Assembly (NCBI RefSeq): GCF_963921235.1
Contig: NC_086109.1
Coordinates: 34,598,001-34,662,000 of the forward strand
Reading direction: 5' to 3'
Length of the DNA: 64,000 bases
From: Mobula hypostoma
Taxonomy: Eukaryota
Positions 26,059 to 39,470 of the stretch are shown one piece after another. How positions within the stretch are numbered: the first letter of the stretch is position 1; every line of letters starts with the position of its first letter. The notes below the pieces were generated by a model. That model was given only the letters and a program-made list of their open reading frames with translations, did no database searches and was not told the DNA's origin. Made by a program: the position numbers and the translations under genes.

Positions 26059-26769
26059 TTGTTTATCAGGCTCACACAGTATAATGCACATTCAGGTTTA
26101 TCTGGGAAAAATGCCACAAGGTGTGGTCACAATGAAAAGTAGCAGATGGTTATATGTTTGGGTTTGAGAGAAAGGGGATGTTCTGTTTTCTTTTTTTTAA
26201 AGTCAGGCAGGTCAACTAGTCCATCTTACTTATCTGCATCTACTTTCCAAAATAAATTAGCACCACACTTCCAATTGGTGGCATTTTTTGGATTCACATT
26301 ATTATTTCAATGTGTGCACGCCATAAACTGGACTTAGATAAGTGTGATGGTGGGGAAAAGTGATAGAAATTGTCTGTCCCGGTTATGTTGAAGCTTGGAC
26401 TCTTAGTTGATGAGGAATTGCAGGTTTATGTAATATTGATAGCCTCTTGTTTATCAGGCTCATACAGTATAATGCACATACAGGTTTATCTGGAAAAAAT
26501 GTCACAAGGCATGGTCACAATGAAAAGTAGCAGATGGTTATATGTTTGGGTTTGATTAAAAAGTGGATGTTCTGTTTTCCTTTAGGTCAGGCAGGTCAAC
26601 TAGTCCATCTTACTTATCTGCATCTACTTTACAAAATAAATTAGCACCACATTTCCAATTGGTGGCATTTTTTGGATTTGCATTATTACTTCAATGTATG
26701 CACGCAATAAACTGAACTTGGGCAAGTGTGATGGAGGGGAAAAGGTAGAAATTGTCTGTCCCGGTTATG
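26059..26769. repeat. Direct duplication of about 325 bp (26059-26387 and 26447-26769)
   Basis: Both copies run from TTGTTTATCAGGCTCA to GAAATTGTCTGTCCCGGTTATG with scattered substitutions and small indels; 59-bp spacer. Confidence 0.9.
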
Positions 26770-28559
26770 ATGATAGACGGGATGTATTAAAGTAATTGTT
26801 GCAATAGTAAATATTTAACAATTCTGTGAATATTAAAATAATATGAAGTTAAGAAGATGGGTTATGAGAGGTGCTATTAATATTAAGTGGCAAAAACAAA
26901 TTATGGAAATATTGGGCTGAAGCTTACTGGGAAAATGCCAGTGGTTCTGCGGTTTCTCAGAATAAGTGTTCAGGATTTCCATAATGATCCAAAATTTATG
27001 ATAGTTCTTTACTCCTGATTTCCGAATTGCTTCAATATTGGCCTCTTACTGCTACTCACTGCAATTTCTCATGAAATCTGCCTGCTGAAACCAAACCAGG
27101 TTAGAGATGCACAGAAGCTGCAGGTCAACTCATTTGAATGGAGAAGAATAGGTGAAAAGACTTAATTGTCACGAGTTCCTGTAAATGCCTCTAATTGTTT
27201 AAAATCATCTCTAGCTTCTTTACTTTAAAAATTATAAATTTTCTGTTATGTATTTTAATGTTATTAATTTGAATAATTTTAAGTAATGTCAGGAACATTC
27301 AGAAGCATTCAAAATACTTGAAAGGTTTGACATTTGGCTAAGCCTAGAATAATGATTTAAGTAGTTTTACTGCTGTCTTGTGGCTGGTCTACTCTGGATT
27401 GCCTGTATTAAAATTTCTGCCATTCAAGGCCTTGCCATTTGGGATTGGGACAGCTTCAAGCAACAAGTCAGCGGTCAGTTCAGGCAATTTACAGCCGGAA
27501 ATAAGTCCATTGATATAAACATAGAAGGATGGCAGAGATTCTAATGCTGAATTTTATGGTTTCTAGTAATCAGACACAAATAGCTGGAGAGAAGCTCAAA
27601 CACAATGGTGAGATGGGAAATCTGGCAGTGAGTAATTTTGTTATTTCTGTAAGAAATGTTGATGAATGTTTCACACAGTTAATTAAATGTGGACTAGTGC
27701 ATCATTGACTATATTTATTGTAAATTGTGCCACAAGATTGCTGGCAACCAGCATTACTGTAGATTCTTTGTGAAAGTTAGCTTAAAAACCAAAAACAAAC
27801 CTTTTACCTTGGTAAACGGATTAGACTGTATTGACCTAGTGATATATATTGCTCTAGAATTGTTGCAGCAGCACCACGTACCCTACTTATATAAATTACT
27901 CGCAACTCATGACACAATTTTCTAAGAACAACTTACTGTTCTGCATTCAATATCAAACTTACAAAAATCATGTTAAAAGCAAGAAAATCTCATCCAAACC
28001 TTGTCACTGTCCAATTATCCACTTTGTTATTTTTATTCAGCATGAGCATCACTAGAAATATTAAACATTATTTCTCATCATTGTCTTGAAACAGGTTCAG
28101 ATGAGCCATCTTGTTCAGCAGGGTATTCTAATAATGTGCATCAACTTGCTCAGTGTTAAGCGTGTAGAAGGAATCTACCCAGGAGTTATGAAGGATTCTT
28201 TAATACGAGTAGCTGTCACATGTACTTATCCCTTATGGTGACAGATCTATAATTTTACTGATGCCTTTTAAAAAGAAGCAAAAAAAAATGTTGGATCTGA
28301 TGCTGAAAATCTGAAACAAATTGAAATTGCCAAACACAACAGCTTGTGTAGCATTCAGAGAAACAGAGTTGATGTTTCAGGTTAATAATCCTTCACGAGT
28401 TCTGGCTCCCTGTGACAGTCCTGGATGTTGATAACAGGCAATTCACCTACAATATTGCACTGATAGTCATTGCTTCAAATTTGATCTGATAAATGACAAG
28501 GAACATTTGTATCTACCAAGCCTTACTGCAGGAAAACAGAGACTGTTTATTATCTCAGC

Positions 28560-29545
28560 TGAATCAGAATCACTTATTAACATTGACAAATATGAAATTT
28601 GTTGTTTTGGGGCAGTTTCAGTGCAAGACATTAAAAAAAATTACTGTAACTTATGAATAAACAAATATTACAAAAGATGATTTTTTGATCTGTGACATAA
28701 ATGTATCTTGTTTGTAAATTTACTAGTGGTAATATTACTTTGTGTTATATATACTGTGTTGCACATCTTGGTCCAGGGGAATGTTGTTTCATTTAGAGGT
28801 ATACGTGTGTACGGTTGAATGACATAAACTGAATCTGAATTTGAATAGCGAGGTAGTGTTCATGGGCTATTCAGATATCTGATGGGAGAGAAGCTGTTCC
28901 TAAAACATTGAATCTGTGTCTTCAGCTCTTGTACCTCCTCCCTGAGAGTAGTAATGAGAAGAGTGAATGTCCCAGATAGTAATCCTCCCTGAGAGTAGTA
29001 ATGAGAAGAGTGAATGTCCCAGATAGTAAAGCTCCTTAACGATGGTTGCCTTCTTCTCAAAGCACTACATTTAAAATGTTCTCGATGTGAGGGGAGGCTT
29101 CTGCCCTCGATAACAGTTGATTGAGTCTGCAGGAACTGGAGTCTCCAAACTACACAGTGATGCAACCAGTCAGAAGGCTCCCCGCTGTACATCGATACAA
29201 ATTTGCAAGTCTTTAGTTATATACCAAATCTCAAGCTCCTAATGAAGTATAGCCATTGGAGTGTTATCATGATTGCATCAATACGTTGACCCTAGGATAG
29301 ATACTGAGATATTGACACCCAGGAAGTTAAAGCTGCTCACCCTTTCCATTGCTGAACCCTCAGTGAGAACTGGTGTGTGTTCTCCTGACTTCCTCTTCAT
29401 GAAGTCCATGATCAGTTCCTCGGTCCTAGTGACATTGAGAGCAAGGTTGTTGTGCACCACTCAACCAACATATACATCTCAATCCTTCCACCTCCAATTT
29501 GCCACCTGAGATTCTGTCAACAAGTGGTGGCATTGGCAAATTTAC
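28560..29545 (-). mobile_element. Degenerate Rex1/Babar LINE fragment(s), with a perfect 47-bp tandem duplication at 28936-29029
   Basis: NNLALNVTRTEELIMDF, FNFLGVNI and FRNSF remnants. Confidence 0.7.
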
Positions 29546-30780
29546 AGATTATGTTTGAGCTGTCAACAATAAATGCAACTGCTTTAAAATCGTAAGAACT
29601 CCACTTCAAAAGCATCTAACCCTTTGAGCTCTTGTAATATGGTACGGGCTAAGATGATCATCCTCTAATAACCAGAAGCATATTTTTTCTATAGTAAGTT
29701 TTTTTAAACTTCAGTTTTATTAAGGCTCCTTGATGGTACATTTGGTTGACCGCTGCCTCGGTGTCTGACCTCTGGATTTCACATATTTTGTCCTTGTATA
29801 TTGCTTTTCCCAAACAAGGACTGGAACTCTAAGGTCCAGGAACTTACCCAGACAAAGCAAGGTATTGGAAATTACAATATGACAATTCATGATGATTGAC
29901 AGGGCAATAACCAGATAATTAGTATTTAATTGTTATTTTTGGTGTCAGCTTGAGGTGTGGTTGGTCCCAGAAACAAGGAGATAAAATCAAATTATCTGAA
30001 CAATCTCTTGTGCTAAGACTCAAGAAGCAAAAGTAATCTACTATGAAATTTTGGCTGAATGGCTTCTAACACCATGCCAGGTGATTAGGTGCTATGAGTC
30101 TTCACAAAATATATCAGCAAATGTTGAAGCTTCACAGTGCTACTTCCTCTTTCCTATATCAGTACCTCTGGCAAAGTTGTCCTGCTGGTTGGATTACGCT
30201 GGAGGACTATAGAATATTGGCTAGTAAATATGATGCTATGGACAGATTGTCACATTATTATTATATGAGCAGCCTGTTCCACTGTTGGCAAAATTCCAGA
30301 TATACCTGAGGACAACAACAGTATGACTAATGCTTGTGTTTAAGAATCTAGCATTTAACGCTTATTCATATTCATTCAACAAATCTTAGCAAAACTAGAA
30401 TTTAAACCTAGTATTTCTATTGTTACAAATGATTTCATAATTCCAGATATGGAACCTGGAATTTCTTAGCTACAAACATAACCAACATGATTGCATGCAT
30501 CTTTAGTTTCTTTAAAATTGCTTTTATTAAGATATTTTATGCTATTTTACAAGTAATCCTTTCCCTGGGCGTGGTAACTGAATATTATAACTACTTTATT
30601 ACAGAAAACATGGATTTATAGTATACTTTAAAATATGAACTTTCACATTTGAACATGTGTAATAGTATATTTCAAAAGATCAAAATTAAACTTTCAAATT
30701 ACATAGATCATTTCCATAAGCATATAGTCCAAAAATAATTCCAGAAAACAGATGTTTATTATTTGGCAACCAACATATAA

Positions 30781-30818
30781 ATATTAATTGCAGTTTCAGA
30801 TATTAATTGCAGTTTCAG
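30781..30818. repeat. Perfect 19-bp tandem duplication in the UQCC2 3' UTR
   Basis: ATATTAATTGCAGTTTCAG twice. Confidence 0.9.
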
Positions 30819-30831
30819 TAAGGTGCAACAA

Positions 30832-30932
30832 TTAGACATATTCCTTGGTAACATTATCTGGTTTGCCTGTGAACTTCTCTCGCAGCTTTTTCCACATACC
30901 TTTCTTCATTTCTTCCATTTGTTTCATATTAT
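30832..30932 (-). CDS. UQCC2: UQCC2 exon 4 (DNMKQMEEMKKGMWKKLREKFTGKPDNVTKEYV*)
   Basis: gttgatag| acceptor, phase 1, TAA stop; KGMWKKL.EKF motif. Total CDS is 384 nt (127 aa). Minus-strand AATAAA at 30760-30755 and 30600-30595. Confidence 0.93.
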
Positions 30933-31149
30933 CTATCAACAAAAATAAAACAATGATAAACAACATTAACAATGCCATGTGGGAATACTACAATCAGAAA
31001 ACACTGAAATCACTTAATAGTATCTGAAATATCAGAATAAATATGATGAGTTAGCTTAGGAAAGATTAGGAACTGAACTGAACTTTTGGTACATCATGGC
31101 AGAGAAACTTAAATATGCTGCTTCTCAAATATATCAATTAAATGAATGA

Positions 31150-33760
31150 ATGACCCCACTCAACAGGGTGGGCAAACAACCAGTGTGCAAAAGACAAACT
31201 GTAAAAACAAAAAAAAAACAATTAAACATCTAGAACATGCAATGAAAATTACATAGATTGTGGGAATAGCTCAGTGATGTGGCAAGTGAAGCTGAATAAA
31301 GTTATCCCCATGGTTGAAGAGCCTAATAATTCAGGGTAATAGCTGTTCCTGACTCTGTGGTGAGTGTCCTGAAGCTCCTGTACCTTCTTCCTGATGGCAG
31401 CAGCGAGAAAAGAATGTGACCCAAGTGGTGAAAGTCCCTGTTGATGAATGCTGCTTTCCTGCAACAACACTGAGAGCAGATGTGCTCAATTGTGAGGAGG
31501 ACTTTACATGTGATGGAATGGGCCGTATCCACTACTTTTTGTAGGTTCTTCCGTTCAAGGGCATTGGTATTTCCATACCAGGCAGTGATGCAGCCAGACA
31601 TCATATTTGCAGTTTTAGGTTTGCCAGGATTTCTGCTTCACTATGGCTGAACCCTTCGATGTTGTGGCTAACGATTTTCATGATTTCCAGTGGGCTGAGG
31701 GTTTATCCTTTTACCACCCACTAGATCACTTGTTGCAAAGCTCTTGCTCTCCTAAAACCCAATAAAGACCCTAACATTCCTAAAAACTACAGACCGATTT
31801 CCTTGCTCTGCACGCTCTATAAACTCTATGAGAGACTCATACTGAAAAGAATATCCCCCTTAGTCAAAGATCATCTAACACCAGACCAAGCCAGGTTCAG
31901 GCCAGGCCGCTCTTGCTGCGGTCAAGTCCTGAACTTAACCCAGTATATTGAGGATGGCTTTGAAATGTGACAAATTACAGGGGCAGTATTCATTGACTTA
32001 ACAGCGGCATATGACACTGAATCACAGAGGCCTTCTACTGAAATTATCCAAAATGTTAAAGAACGAAACCACAGTCAAAATAACAAGAAGCCTCCTAGGA
32101 AATCATAAATTTTATGTAGAAATGAATGGAATTAACAGTAGGTGGCGTCCACAAAAGAACGGACTACCACAGGGATCAGTCCTGGCACCTCTACTATTTA
32201 ATGTCTACACAAACGACCAACCAACCTTTCCTAACATACGCAGGTTTATCTATGCAGATGACCTATGCATAGCAACACAAGCTAACTCCTTCCAAGAAGT
32301 TGAAGACGACTTACAGCAGCCTTCGAAGCAATGAAGCAGTATTATGAAAAATGGTCTCTGAACCCAAATCCAACAAAAACTCAAAGCGTGTGCATTCCAC
32401 CTGAAGAATCGAGAAGCAACTCGGAAACTCAAGATCTTCTGGTGGGGGAAGGAGCTCGAACACCATCTGACTCCAATTTACCTGGCGTGACACTGGATAG
32501 GACGCTCTCACTTGCCACCCACATCCAAAAACTCCGAGGGAAAGTTGGATCTCACAATTCTCTCTTGAAAAAATTAGTAGGCACAAAATGGGGAGCTAAG
32601 ACTCACACACTTAGATCAACTGCCCTAGCACTCTGCTGTGCACCTGCAGAATACCGTGCACCTGTGTGGGGCAGATCAGCCCATGCGAAGAAAATAGACC
32701 CGTTGCTTAACCAAGCCTGTCGAATAATCACGGGCACACTGTGCCCCACACCCACTAACATCATTTACAGACTTGCAGGCATTGCTCCCCCAGAGATCCG
32801 AAGACACGCTACAACAAAAATTGCAAAAGGTAAACAGAACTCAGATCCACAGCACCCACTACATCATCATGTGCCAGTTTCCAACCACCCAAAATCAAGG
32901 AAAAGCTTTGCTACAGTGGAGGAATTACTGCACGGAACATCCCCCCAAAACATACAGGATTGACTCTGGCAACAAACAGAAGCCAGAACCCCACCAAGCA
33001 ATATAGTGCAAGACCCCACAGAAATGTAGCCAGACGGGGCACTGCTTGACAGACGGAAGTGGTGCACTCTCAACAGAGCGAGAGCGGGAGTTTGTAGGAC
33101 GGGAGACAACATGGTGAAGTGGGGTTTAAAGACCAGCGAATCCTGTGAGTGTGTCGAAAGGGTGCAGAACATTGAACACGTTCTCTGCAACTGCCCGCTC
33201 TCACCTAATGTAGCTGACACTAAGGAAGTAGTGGCGCTGCTATGTTTTCTTTGTAATTGCAAAGACTGAGCCTAGGACAGGTCCTCTGAAATGATAACAC
33301 TGAGGAATTTAAAGTTGCTCACCCTCTCTACCTTGGATGCTCTGATGAGGACTGGCACATAGACCTCTGGTTTCCATCTCCTGAAGTCAGTATCTCCTTG
33401 GTCTTACTGACTTTAAGAGAGAAATTATCGTTGTAGCACTACTCAGCCAGATTTTCAATCTCCCTCCAATATGCTGATTTGTCACCATCTTTGATTCGGC
33501 CAACAGCAGTGTTGTCATCAGTAAACCAAAATTACGGCATTGGAGCTGTGCTGAGCCACATAGTCATAAGTGTAAAGTGAGTACAGCAGCAGGCTAAGCA
33601 AACAGCCCTGTGGTACACCAGTACTGATGGCAATTGTGGAGGAGATGTTATCAATCCAAAATGACTGGGGTCTTCAAGTGAGGAAATCGAGGGTTCAATT
33701 GTACAAGGAGGTATTGAGACAAAGGTCTTGAAGCTTATTGATAACTTTTGAGATGATATT
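31150..33760 (-). mobile_element. Rex1/Babar LINE fragment split into about 31150-31605 and about 33221-33760 by a nested LINE
   Basis: The 3' part has SGCITAWYG...LFSLLPSGRRYRS; the 5' part has FKFL.VIISEDLS and AITKK remnants, collinear on the minus strand. Confidence 0.7.
31720..33220 (+). mobile_element. Ingi/Vingi-like (I-group) LINE fragment: RT and C-terminal Cys/His motif, disrupted
   Basis: NYRPISLL, FIDLTAAYDT, GLPQGSVLAP, YADD, GVTLDRTLS, WGAKTHTLRSTALAL, APVWGRSAH and CEC...EHVLCNC; contains stops and frameshifts. The clade call is from recalled motifs. Confidence 0.7.
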
Positions 33761-33989
33761 ATAACTAATTAAATATTAATTTTAATGAAGTAAAATCTCA
33801 AGGAGCTCCCCAAGACAAAATTTGACAGCGCTCCGTGAAATATAAAGGCTGATGACTTTAGGCATGGCAAGAAGTTTTCATGAACATCTTAGACGATGAT
33901 AAAGGAGTAGATGCCCAGGAAAGAAATCCTTGAATTTGGTCCACAGCAACTCAAAATACAAATGTGTACATGGCAAAGTAATTAATAAA

Positions 33990-34206
33990 CACAAAAGATA
34001 CTACAGATGCTGGAAATCTTGAGCAACGCACACAAAATGCTGGAGGAACTCAGCAAGTCAGACAGCATTTATGGATGGGAATAAACTGTCAACATTTCAG
34101 GCCAAGACCCTTCATCAGAACTCATGAAGAGTCTCAATCTGAAATGTCGACTTTATTCTCCTTGCATAGATGTTGCCTGACTTGCTGAGTTCCTCCAGCA
34201 TTTTGT
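33990..34206. mobile_element. Palindromic PLE-derived element (two back-to-back hammerhead/tail units)
   Basis: Arms 34032-34118 and 34121-34206 are reverse complements; the outer 30 nt match perfectly. Confidence 0.85.
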
Positions 34207-35149
34207 CTTCCAGAGCAATTAATGATCTATAGATATCAAATGTGGGTGTGTACAACTTCATATTGTTGTAGGACTTAGTTAAAGCTTGGGAGGGACAGGG
34301 CAATGCAGAGATTTGAACGTGGTGTGAGACGATTTTGAGCACAAATTGTGATTCAAATTTGATAAACAAGCATAAAATAATGGATGAATGAAACTTGAAA
34401 GTTGGGACATAAGCTGACTTTTGTGTGACCACGCGTTGCACAGCGTAAAAGAAAACTGACAACCCGAGTACATGTCATTATCAGGCTTGGAAATAAATAA
34501 AGCTCAGAGATTTAAGAGGCCAAATGAGTCTGAGTCAACCTGATGGGTCAACATTTTTCTGCTACTTGAATAAGTTTAACTAACAGCAGCAACCTTAAAA
34601 CAAGATAAAGACAGAACACACAAGATGGTGGAGGAACTCAGCAAGTCAAGCAGCATCCATGGAAAAGAGTAAACAATTGACATTTTGGGCCAAGGCCCTT
34701 CCTCACAATAAAGGCAGAAGTCTGCTTTCTTTCACATTTATCTATTTTCCTGATTAGTCACTCATTGGTATCAAGGACACCAATTTTCCAAAGAGGGGGA
34801 AAAAATATCTGAAGCACTGCAGATGTCCTTCAATGTAAGGCAACATAATAGCCAATACGTTGGCTATTGAACGCAACTCATTCTGTTCAGCAACTGATGA
34901 ATGTGCCATTTTTAAACCACAAGGAAGGTTTTGTTTGTTTAATAGCAATTTTCTTTTAAATGAGAATGATGCTGCATTTTATTCTGTATGAACACAGAAA
35001 AAGTCGAAACCATGTTGAAGTATGAAAATCAATAGCTCCCCCAGTGGCCGAAAATCCAACCCATCATAATGCCTCAGGTTTATTGTAAATCTATTTCGAA
35101 TAACTTTTTCATAATCAAGAGTCACTCATTGCTTCACAACTACAGCTGT

Positions 35150-36706
35150 GAAGATCCCTGCTACACCTGATCTCTGTCTCAGAGGCTGATGTTATGCTAT
35201 CTTTAAAAAGAGTGAACCCTTGCAAGGCAGAAGATCCCGACGGAGTACCTGTGCCAACCAACTGCAGGAGTATTCAAGGACATTTTCAACTTCTCACTGC
35301 TACGGGCGGAAGTTCCCACTTGTTTCAAAAAGGCAACAATTATACCAGGGCCTAAGAAGAATAACGTGAGCTGCCTTAATGACTATCGCCCGGTAGCACT
35401 CACATCCAGTGATGAAATGCTTTGAGAGTTTGGTCCTGCCTCAGCGAGGACCTGGACCCATTGCAATTTGCCTATCACCACAATAGGTCAATGGTAGATG
35501 CAATCTCAATGGCTTTTCACACGGCTTTAGACCACCTGGACAACACAAACTCCCATGTCAGGATGCTGTTCATTGACTATAGCTCAGCATTTAAAACCAC
35601 CATTCCCACAATTCTGATTGAGAAGTTGCAGAACCTGGGCCTCTGTACCTCCCTCTGCAATTGAATCCTTGACTTCCAAATCGAAGACCATAAACTCTGC
35701 GGACTGGTGATAACATCTCCTCCTCGCTGACGATCAATACTTGTGCACCTCAGGGGTGTGTGCTTAGCCCACTGTTCTACTCTCTCTATACCCATGACTC
35801 TGAGGCTAGGCGTAGCTCAAATACCATCTATAAATTTGCTGACGGTACAACCACTGTTAATAGATACTCAGGTGGTGACAAGAGGGCATACAGGAGTGAG
35901 ATATACCAACTAGTGGAGTGGTATCGCAGCAACAACCTGGCACTCAACATCAGTAAGATGAAAGAGCTGACTGTGAACTTCAGGAAGGGTAAGTCGAAGG
36001 AACACATACCAATCCTCATGGAGGGATCAGAAGTGGAGAGAGTGAACAGTTTCAAGTTCCTGGGTGTCAAAATCTCTGAGGATCTAACCTGGTCCCAACA
36101 TATCAATGCTGTTATAAAGAAGGCAAGACAGTGGATATATGTTATTACAAATACACTCAAAAACTTCTACAAATGTACTGTGTAGAGCATTCTGATTGGC
36201 TGCATCACTGTCTGGTATGGCGGGGGGGGGGCGGTTGGGCTACTGCACAGCACCGAAAGAAGCTGTAGAGGGTTCTAAATTTAGAGGGCTCCATCAAGGG
36301 TACTAGTCTACAAAGTATGCAGAACATCTTCAAGGAGCGGTGTGTCAGAAAGGCAGTATCCATTATTAAGGACCTCCAGCACCCAGGGCATGCCCTTTAC
36401 TCACTGTTACCATCAGGTAGGAGGTACAGAAGCCTGAAGGCACACACTCAGCGATTCAGGAACAGTTTCTTCCCCTCTGCCATCTGATTCCTAAATGGAC
36501 ATTGAACCGTTGGACATCACCTCACTTTTTTTAATATGTAGTATTTCTGTTTTTGCACAAATTTTAATCTATTCAATATACATATACTGTAATTGATTTA
36601 CTTATTATATTTTGTTTTTCTTCTTCTCTATTATGTATTGCATTGAACTATAGCAAGTTAACAAATTTCACGTCACATGCCGATGATAATAAATCTGATT
36701 CTGATT
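35150..36706 (+). mobile_element. Rex1/Babar LINE, 1.55-kb 3' portion (degenerate RT)
   Basis: [37 protein letters not shown] and FKFLGV; (TCTGAT) tail. Confidence 0.88.
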
Positions 36707-36999
36707 AAAGATGCAATACAACTTGCAGACCCATACCTGTATGGTGCTTGTACTGTTGAAAATAAAGGTTTACAGTATACTTGTTTTGAACCTATCTCAG
36801 GAAGAAAGGCAACGTACATTTATGGTAGCCATGTAACTTTGCTACTAAGAAACAAGAACAGGATTGAGTTTCTGCTTTCTAAAAAAAAGTATGAGATAAT
36901 ATTAAAAATACTTATAGAAAAAATAAACTATATAGTAAAAGAATTTCTACTTTTTTCAGCAAGTCACGTAGTGCATGATTAACATGTTTTCAAACCAGA

Positions 37000-37290
37000 C
37001 AGGACAACGCAGTGGCACAAACCCCTCACAGCTCCAGCAACATTGGATTAAACCAGACCTTCAGTGCTGCCTGTCTGCAGTTTCCATTCAGCCCTATGAA
37101 TGCGTTTTCCGGTTTTTAAATCCACACACATCCCCAAGATGTGCGGGTGAATAGGTTAACTATTGTAAATTATAAGTTGTACATTGTAAATTTGGAGAGA
37201 TCTGATGGAATTATGGAGGATAACATGGGATTATTGCAAATAGGCGTGATAGTGCAGACTTAAGTGTTTTGAAGGCCTAGTTCCATAACT
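37000..37290 (+). mobile_element. Degenerate tRNA-derived SINE
   Basis: A-box/B-box-like head, CACATCCCCAAGATGTGCGGG core and CR1-like 3' end. Confidence 0.45.
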
Positions 37291-37387
37291 TTATAATACA
37301 ATTTTTATTTCACCACATTCTATTCTACAAAATATGTACCAAAATTCCAACATTCATCTGTTTAATGATCAAGTCTGGAATGGTTAC

Positions 37388-37457
37388 CTGTTGCAAGAAC
37401 CATTCGACATTCTTCCGCTGTCACACCAGTAAAACTTGTGTTTCTGAGACGAGGGTA
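37388..37457 (-). CDS. UQCC2: UQCC2 exon 3 (YPRLRNTSFTGVTAEECRMVLAT)
   Basis: ttttag| ... |gtaacc; 70 nt, phase 0-1; YPR...TSF.G motif. Confidence 0.93.
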
Positions 37458-38667
37458 CTAAAATGAAAAAAATTTTGCACTTAAGTATTGTTTCTAAACC
37501 AGTTTCAAACATAATATTGCTGATATTTTGGCATTCTAGACACAGAACATTTTGCATTTATGAAAGAAATCAGTTTTAATGGGTAATGAGTGTGCAGAAA
37601 ATGGATTCAAGAGATGGATAATTGAAGGCTGTGATCAAATTTCTCATTAATCATAAAATCAATATATTGTATACTTCCACAACTGCTGACACTAAATTAC
37701 TACAAAATTAATTTAAATTACAAAAGCCTGTTTTAATATTTCTTATTCTATTGTTTCAGTAACTTAAATTTCCCATATAACTTCATCGTGGACTAAATTA
37801 GTACACAGAAAAACTTTAGCATAGATATCAGATACACAGATGTTAATATTTCGGCCAGGTCTATTCCTGGTAGATTCCACTCTGTGACAATTTTTCCTAT
37901 CGACATTATAGAAATATTAAGCTCCAATAATCTGGTACACTCAATTTTAGGTGACATCACACCATTGAAATGTCCAGATTATTGAATGTTACTATTATAC
38001 ACAAACTCTATTTTGGCCGAACCGGGCGCATCCATTGTCTACTTAGACAGACAGCGCCTACTACTATTTTGGCTATTACACATTACAATGAATCTAGTAA
38101 CAACCAACCGAAACTAGTAACATTTAGACAAGGCACAGCAGGATCAGCCCAATGAGTGAGAAGGGGAGCCTAGGCAAAATTACTCAGTCAGTTATATGCT
38201 AAACCATTATGGTTTCTGAATGGTTTGATTGCAGGTTATTGGAATTTCACAGTTGTCACTTTATATAATATCCATTCTTTCTATCAACTGAGAAACAAAA
38301 CAAAGATAAAATTCCTTTTCAGCAACACACAAAATGCTGGAGGAACTCAGCAGGTCAGGCAGCAGCAATGGAGGGAAATAAACCCACAGTCTGAGCCAAG
38401 ACTCTTCATCTGAGAAATTCTTATCCCCTTGTAAATCTTATACTCAAAATAAGAATGTAAACTCAATGCAAATTTTTAATCATTTTTCAAAACAATTAGT
38501 TTGACCATTCAGAATGTTTCTTTTTACTAATTCCCTCCAACTATTCTTTATTCTTTCTCGTGATATCAATCTTCATTTAGATCAGATGTAACCTAAACTA
38601 TTTCCCTTTGATCTTGAAAAGGGCTGAGATATGAAGGGAAGCACTTAAACAGTCAAGTTGCAGGTAC

Positions 38668-38742
38668 CTTATTTTTGTAATAAGCAGAGTTGATTCTAGC
38701 TAAACTTTCATACATCTGGTCACATTTCTCTTGATCTGCAAT
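38668..38742 (-). CDS. UQCC2: UQCC2 exon 2 ([25 protein letters not shown])
   Basis: tttttcag| ... |gtacct on the minus strand; 75 nt, phase 0-0; [10 protein letters not shown] motif. Confidence 0.95.
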
Positions 38743-39149
38743 CTGAAAAAAAAATACAGAATTAAGCAAGCACACAACTTCATAACAGATTCAAGAGCAG
38801 TACACATTATATAAAAACTATAACCCCAATTATTATGGGAAGGTAGGGAGATTGGATTAGGAAATCCTTTAAGTATAGGTTTTTCTGAATGATCGATTTA
38901 AAGTAACAGTGGAGCAACTTTTAAATATCAGCTTTCTCACTCAACATCTAGCCCAAGTTCCAGATTGTCTGTCTGTGCAGCTGAAAAGCCCGTATCACAA
39001 CTGCCTCTCTTTCTGTGCAAGATCTTTTAAATATGATTCAATGATGTTGAATAATCATAGTGCAGGAAGTACACAAGCAGTTATGTAACATCTGACACAT
39101 ACTCAATGCCAAATGTATTTCATAACCAATTCACAGCCCTGAACTTCTA

Positions 39150-39470
39150 GGGCAGCACAGTAGTGTAGCTTCTAGCACAACACTTCACAGAACCAGCGAC
39201 TGGCATTCAATTCCAGCCACTGTCTGTAAGGAGTCTGTATATTCTACTGTGACCGTATGGGTTTTCCCTGAGTACACTGGTTTCCTCCCACCTGTTTAAA
39301 GACATACACATATATAAAGTTTAGAAAGTTGTGGGTATGTGATGTTAGCATCAGAAGAATAGCAACACTTGCAAGCTGCCCCCAGCACGTCCTCTGACTG
39401 TGGTCATTGACGTAATTGACACGCTTCACTGCATGCTCCAATCTACGTGCGGCAAACAAAGCTAACTTTT
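39150..39470 (+). mobile_element. tRNA-derived SINE
   Basis: GGGCAGCACAGTAGTGTAG head, ATTCAATTCC B-box-like motif and GGTTTCCTCCCAC core. Confidence 0.55.
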
